DNA of 64,000 nt from Hyphomicrobiales bacterium (lineage in GTDB: Bacteria > Pseudomonadota > Alphaproteobacteria > MED-G09): NCBI GenBank assembly GCA_028339975.1, contig JAOLDG010000002.1, positions 8,302 through 72,301 of the forward strand, read 5' to 3'. Under the pieces are notes generated by a model that worked only from the letters and a program-made list of their open reading frames with translations, searched no databases and was not told the DNA's origin. The stretch's first letter is position 1. Every line of letters begins with the position of its first letter. A program made the translations under genes and the position numbers. This document shows positions 62,481-64,000 of the stretch, in pieces.

Positions 62481-63296
62481 ATGGTTTCCACAATAGGTAT
62501 ATATGCTGGCAAAGGCGTTCTTCCTTTAAAAGTTGCTCAATCCATAAAAGATTCAGGAAAAGATGTTTTCATAATTGCAATCAAGGGATTGACTGATAAA
62601 GGTGTTGAGAAATTTCCACACAGATGGATGAGGTTTGGTCAGATTGGATTAGCAATGAAAATGCTCCACAATAATTATTGTGATGAATTAGTTATTATTG
62701 GTGGAGCTCATATACCAAATTTCTTTTTACTATTCCCTGATTTCTCAGGCTTAAAATTATTCTTTTTATTGTTTAAAGTTAGAAAAAATGGCGATGCCTT
62801 AATTATTAAAACAATAATAAATTATATCGAATCTATTCAACGGATTAAAGTTGTTGGTGCTGATGTATTTCTTCAAGATTTTTTAATGCCAAAGGGTACT
62901 ATTACGAATACAGGGCTAGATAAGAAATCATTTACAGATATTAGTTTAGCAGAAGAAACTTGCACACAGTTAGGGATTGAAGACAAAGGACAGGCATGTA
63001 TAGTCTCTAACGGTAAGGTCATAGCGCTTGAAGATATTAATGGAACTGACTATATGCTTTTTAGGTCCTTTAAGGATAGCAAGGATCAATTAAAAGGAGG
63101 GTTATTAATGAAAACTCTTAAACCCATTCAGGATCCAAGAGTTGACCTTCCGACAGTAGGGATTGATACATTAAAGCTAGTTAAAAAAATTGGATTGCGA
63201 GGTATTATTTTGCAATCAAAAAAAGCCTTTCTTATTGATAAAGAAAAAATGATTGATTTTGCTAATAAAGAAAATTTATTTATTCACGGAATATAA
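62481..63296 (+). CDS. lpxI: UDP-2,3-diacylglucosamine pyrophosphatase LpxI (DUF1009 family)
   Basis: 271 aa DUF1009 protein in the position between lpxA and lpxB that LpxI occupies in alphaproteobacteria (it replaces LpxH). Confidence 0.8.
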   Translation: MVSTIGIYAGKGVLPLKVAQSIKDSGKDVFIIAIKGLTDKGVEKFPHRWMRFGQIGLAMKMLHNNYCDELVIIGGAHIPNFFLLFPDFSGLKLFFLLFKVRKNGDALIIKTIINYIESIQRIKVVGADVFLQDFLMPKGTITNTGLDKKSFTDISLAEETCTQLGIEDKGQACIVSNGKVIALEDINGTDYMLFRSFKDSKDQLKGGLLMKTLKPIQDPRVDLPTVGIDTLKLVKKIGLRGIILQSKKAFLIDKEKMIDFANKENLFIHGI

Positions 63297-63305
63297 GGCT
63301 TTAAG

Positions 63306-64000
63306 TTGCAGGAAAAAAAAATTATATATTTTGTTGCTGGAGAACCCTCGGGTGACTTTATAGGAAGTGAAATTATTTCTGAACTGCTAAAAATTTATCC
63401 AAGCCCCTCCATTTATGGAGTAGGGGGTCATTACATGGAAAAATTTAGTTTTAAATCTTTATTTCCTATGAGTGATTTATCTGTCATGGGGATTTTACCA
63501 GTTCTATTAAGAATTAGATCTCTTTATAAAAGAATTAATCAAGTCGTCGAAGATATATTGAGTAAGAACCCTGATATTGTTATTTTAATAGATAGTCCTG
63601 ACTTCAATCAGCGTGTTGCTAAAAAGTTAAGGAAAAAATCTTTTAAATCAAAAATTGTCTGCTATGTTGCCCCAACTGTTTGGGCTTGGAGACAGAAAAG
63701 AGTGAAGTCTATGGCTAAAGACTTTGATCATCTCCTATCCATTCTTCCTTTTGAGGATGAGTTTTTTTCTAAGAATGGCTTGAATACGACTTATGTTGGC
63801 CACCCAGCCATACCTCTAATTAAACAATCTAATGAAAAAATATTTCGGTTAAAATATAAAATTAACGATAATCCAATTTTAATATTTTTACCTGGCAGTA
63901 GAGATTCTGAGATAAAGAGGCATGTGAAACCATTTAAAGAGGCGTTTAGTAAAATTAAAGAAACTATTCCAAATCTAACCTTAGCTATTCCTATTAACGA
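63306..64000 (+). CDS. lpxB: Lipid-A-disaccharide synthase, N-terminal part (runs off the window end); TTG start
   Basis: The frame reading LQEKKIIYFVAGEPSGDFIGSEII...VCYVAPTVWAWRQKRVK matches the LpxB N-terminus (VAGEPSGD, SPQVWAWR-like). It is open to the window end. Confidence 0.88.
   Translation, partial: MQEKKIIYFVAGEPSGDFIGSEIISELLKIYPSPSIYGVGGHYMEKFSFKSLFPMSDLSVMGILPVLLRIRSLYKRINQVVEDILSKNPDIVILIDSPDFNQRVAKKLRKKSFKSKIVCYVAPTVWAWRQKRVKSMAKDFDHLLSILPFEDEFFSKNGLNTTYVGHPAIPLIKQSNEKIFRLKYKINDNPILIFLPGSRDSEIKRHVKPFKEAFSKIKETIPNLTLAIPIN

Overview
This is a low-GC (about 29-30%), very gene-dense chromosomal segment. Gene content and order match a streamlined marine alphaproteobacterium of the SAR11/Pelagibacterales type. 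Nearly every gene is a core housekeeping gene in alphaproteobacterial synteny blocks.

Main blocks, in order:
- Partial tyrS (reconstructed by hand on the minus strand) and an alpha/beta hydrolase.
- An Rrf2-controlled Fe-S operon: iscR-like regulator, nifS-like desulfurase, sufBCDS, DUF59/sufT, and an A-type carrier.
- Convergent enoyl-CoA hydratase and parE.
- A glnB-glnII pair (PII next to a eukaryote-like type II glutamine synthetase) with a clear terminator.
- A small accessory trio: thiolase-like/DUF35 fusion, histidine phosphatase, GNAT.
- tRNA-Leu, then tig-clpP-clpX-lon-hupB, then tRNA-Val and tRNA-Asp.
- A four-gene accessory insertion: Coq4-like hypothetical, SDR, ALDH, alpha/beta hydrolase.
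- The complete nuoA-N operon, then birA, RNase J, mce, proS, lolCE, lolD, dnaE.
- rpsB-tsf and pyrH-frr-uppS-cdsA-dxr-rseP-bamA-skp-lpxD-fabZ-lpxA-lpxI-lpxB (lpxB truncated at the window end).

There are no CRISPR arrays, transposases, integrases or recognizable defense systems.

Most notable observations:
- proS is broken by a 1-nt frameshift at an A6 homopolymer.
- Trigger factor carries a histone-H1-like KAKP-repeat tail and ribosomal protein S2 carries five near-perfect 39-nt acidic tandem repeats.
- A short Coq4-like HDxxH...E protein sits immediately downstream of the tRNA-Val/tRNA-Asp pair.
- clpP and lon have sigma-32-type promoters.
- A palindromic candidate operator lies upstream of the Rrf2 regulator gene.
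- Several genes use non-ATG start codons.
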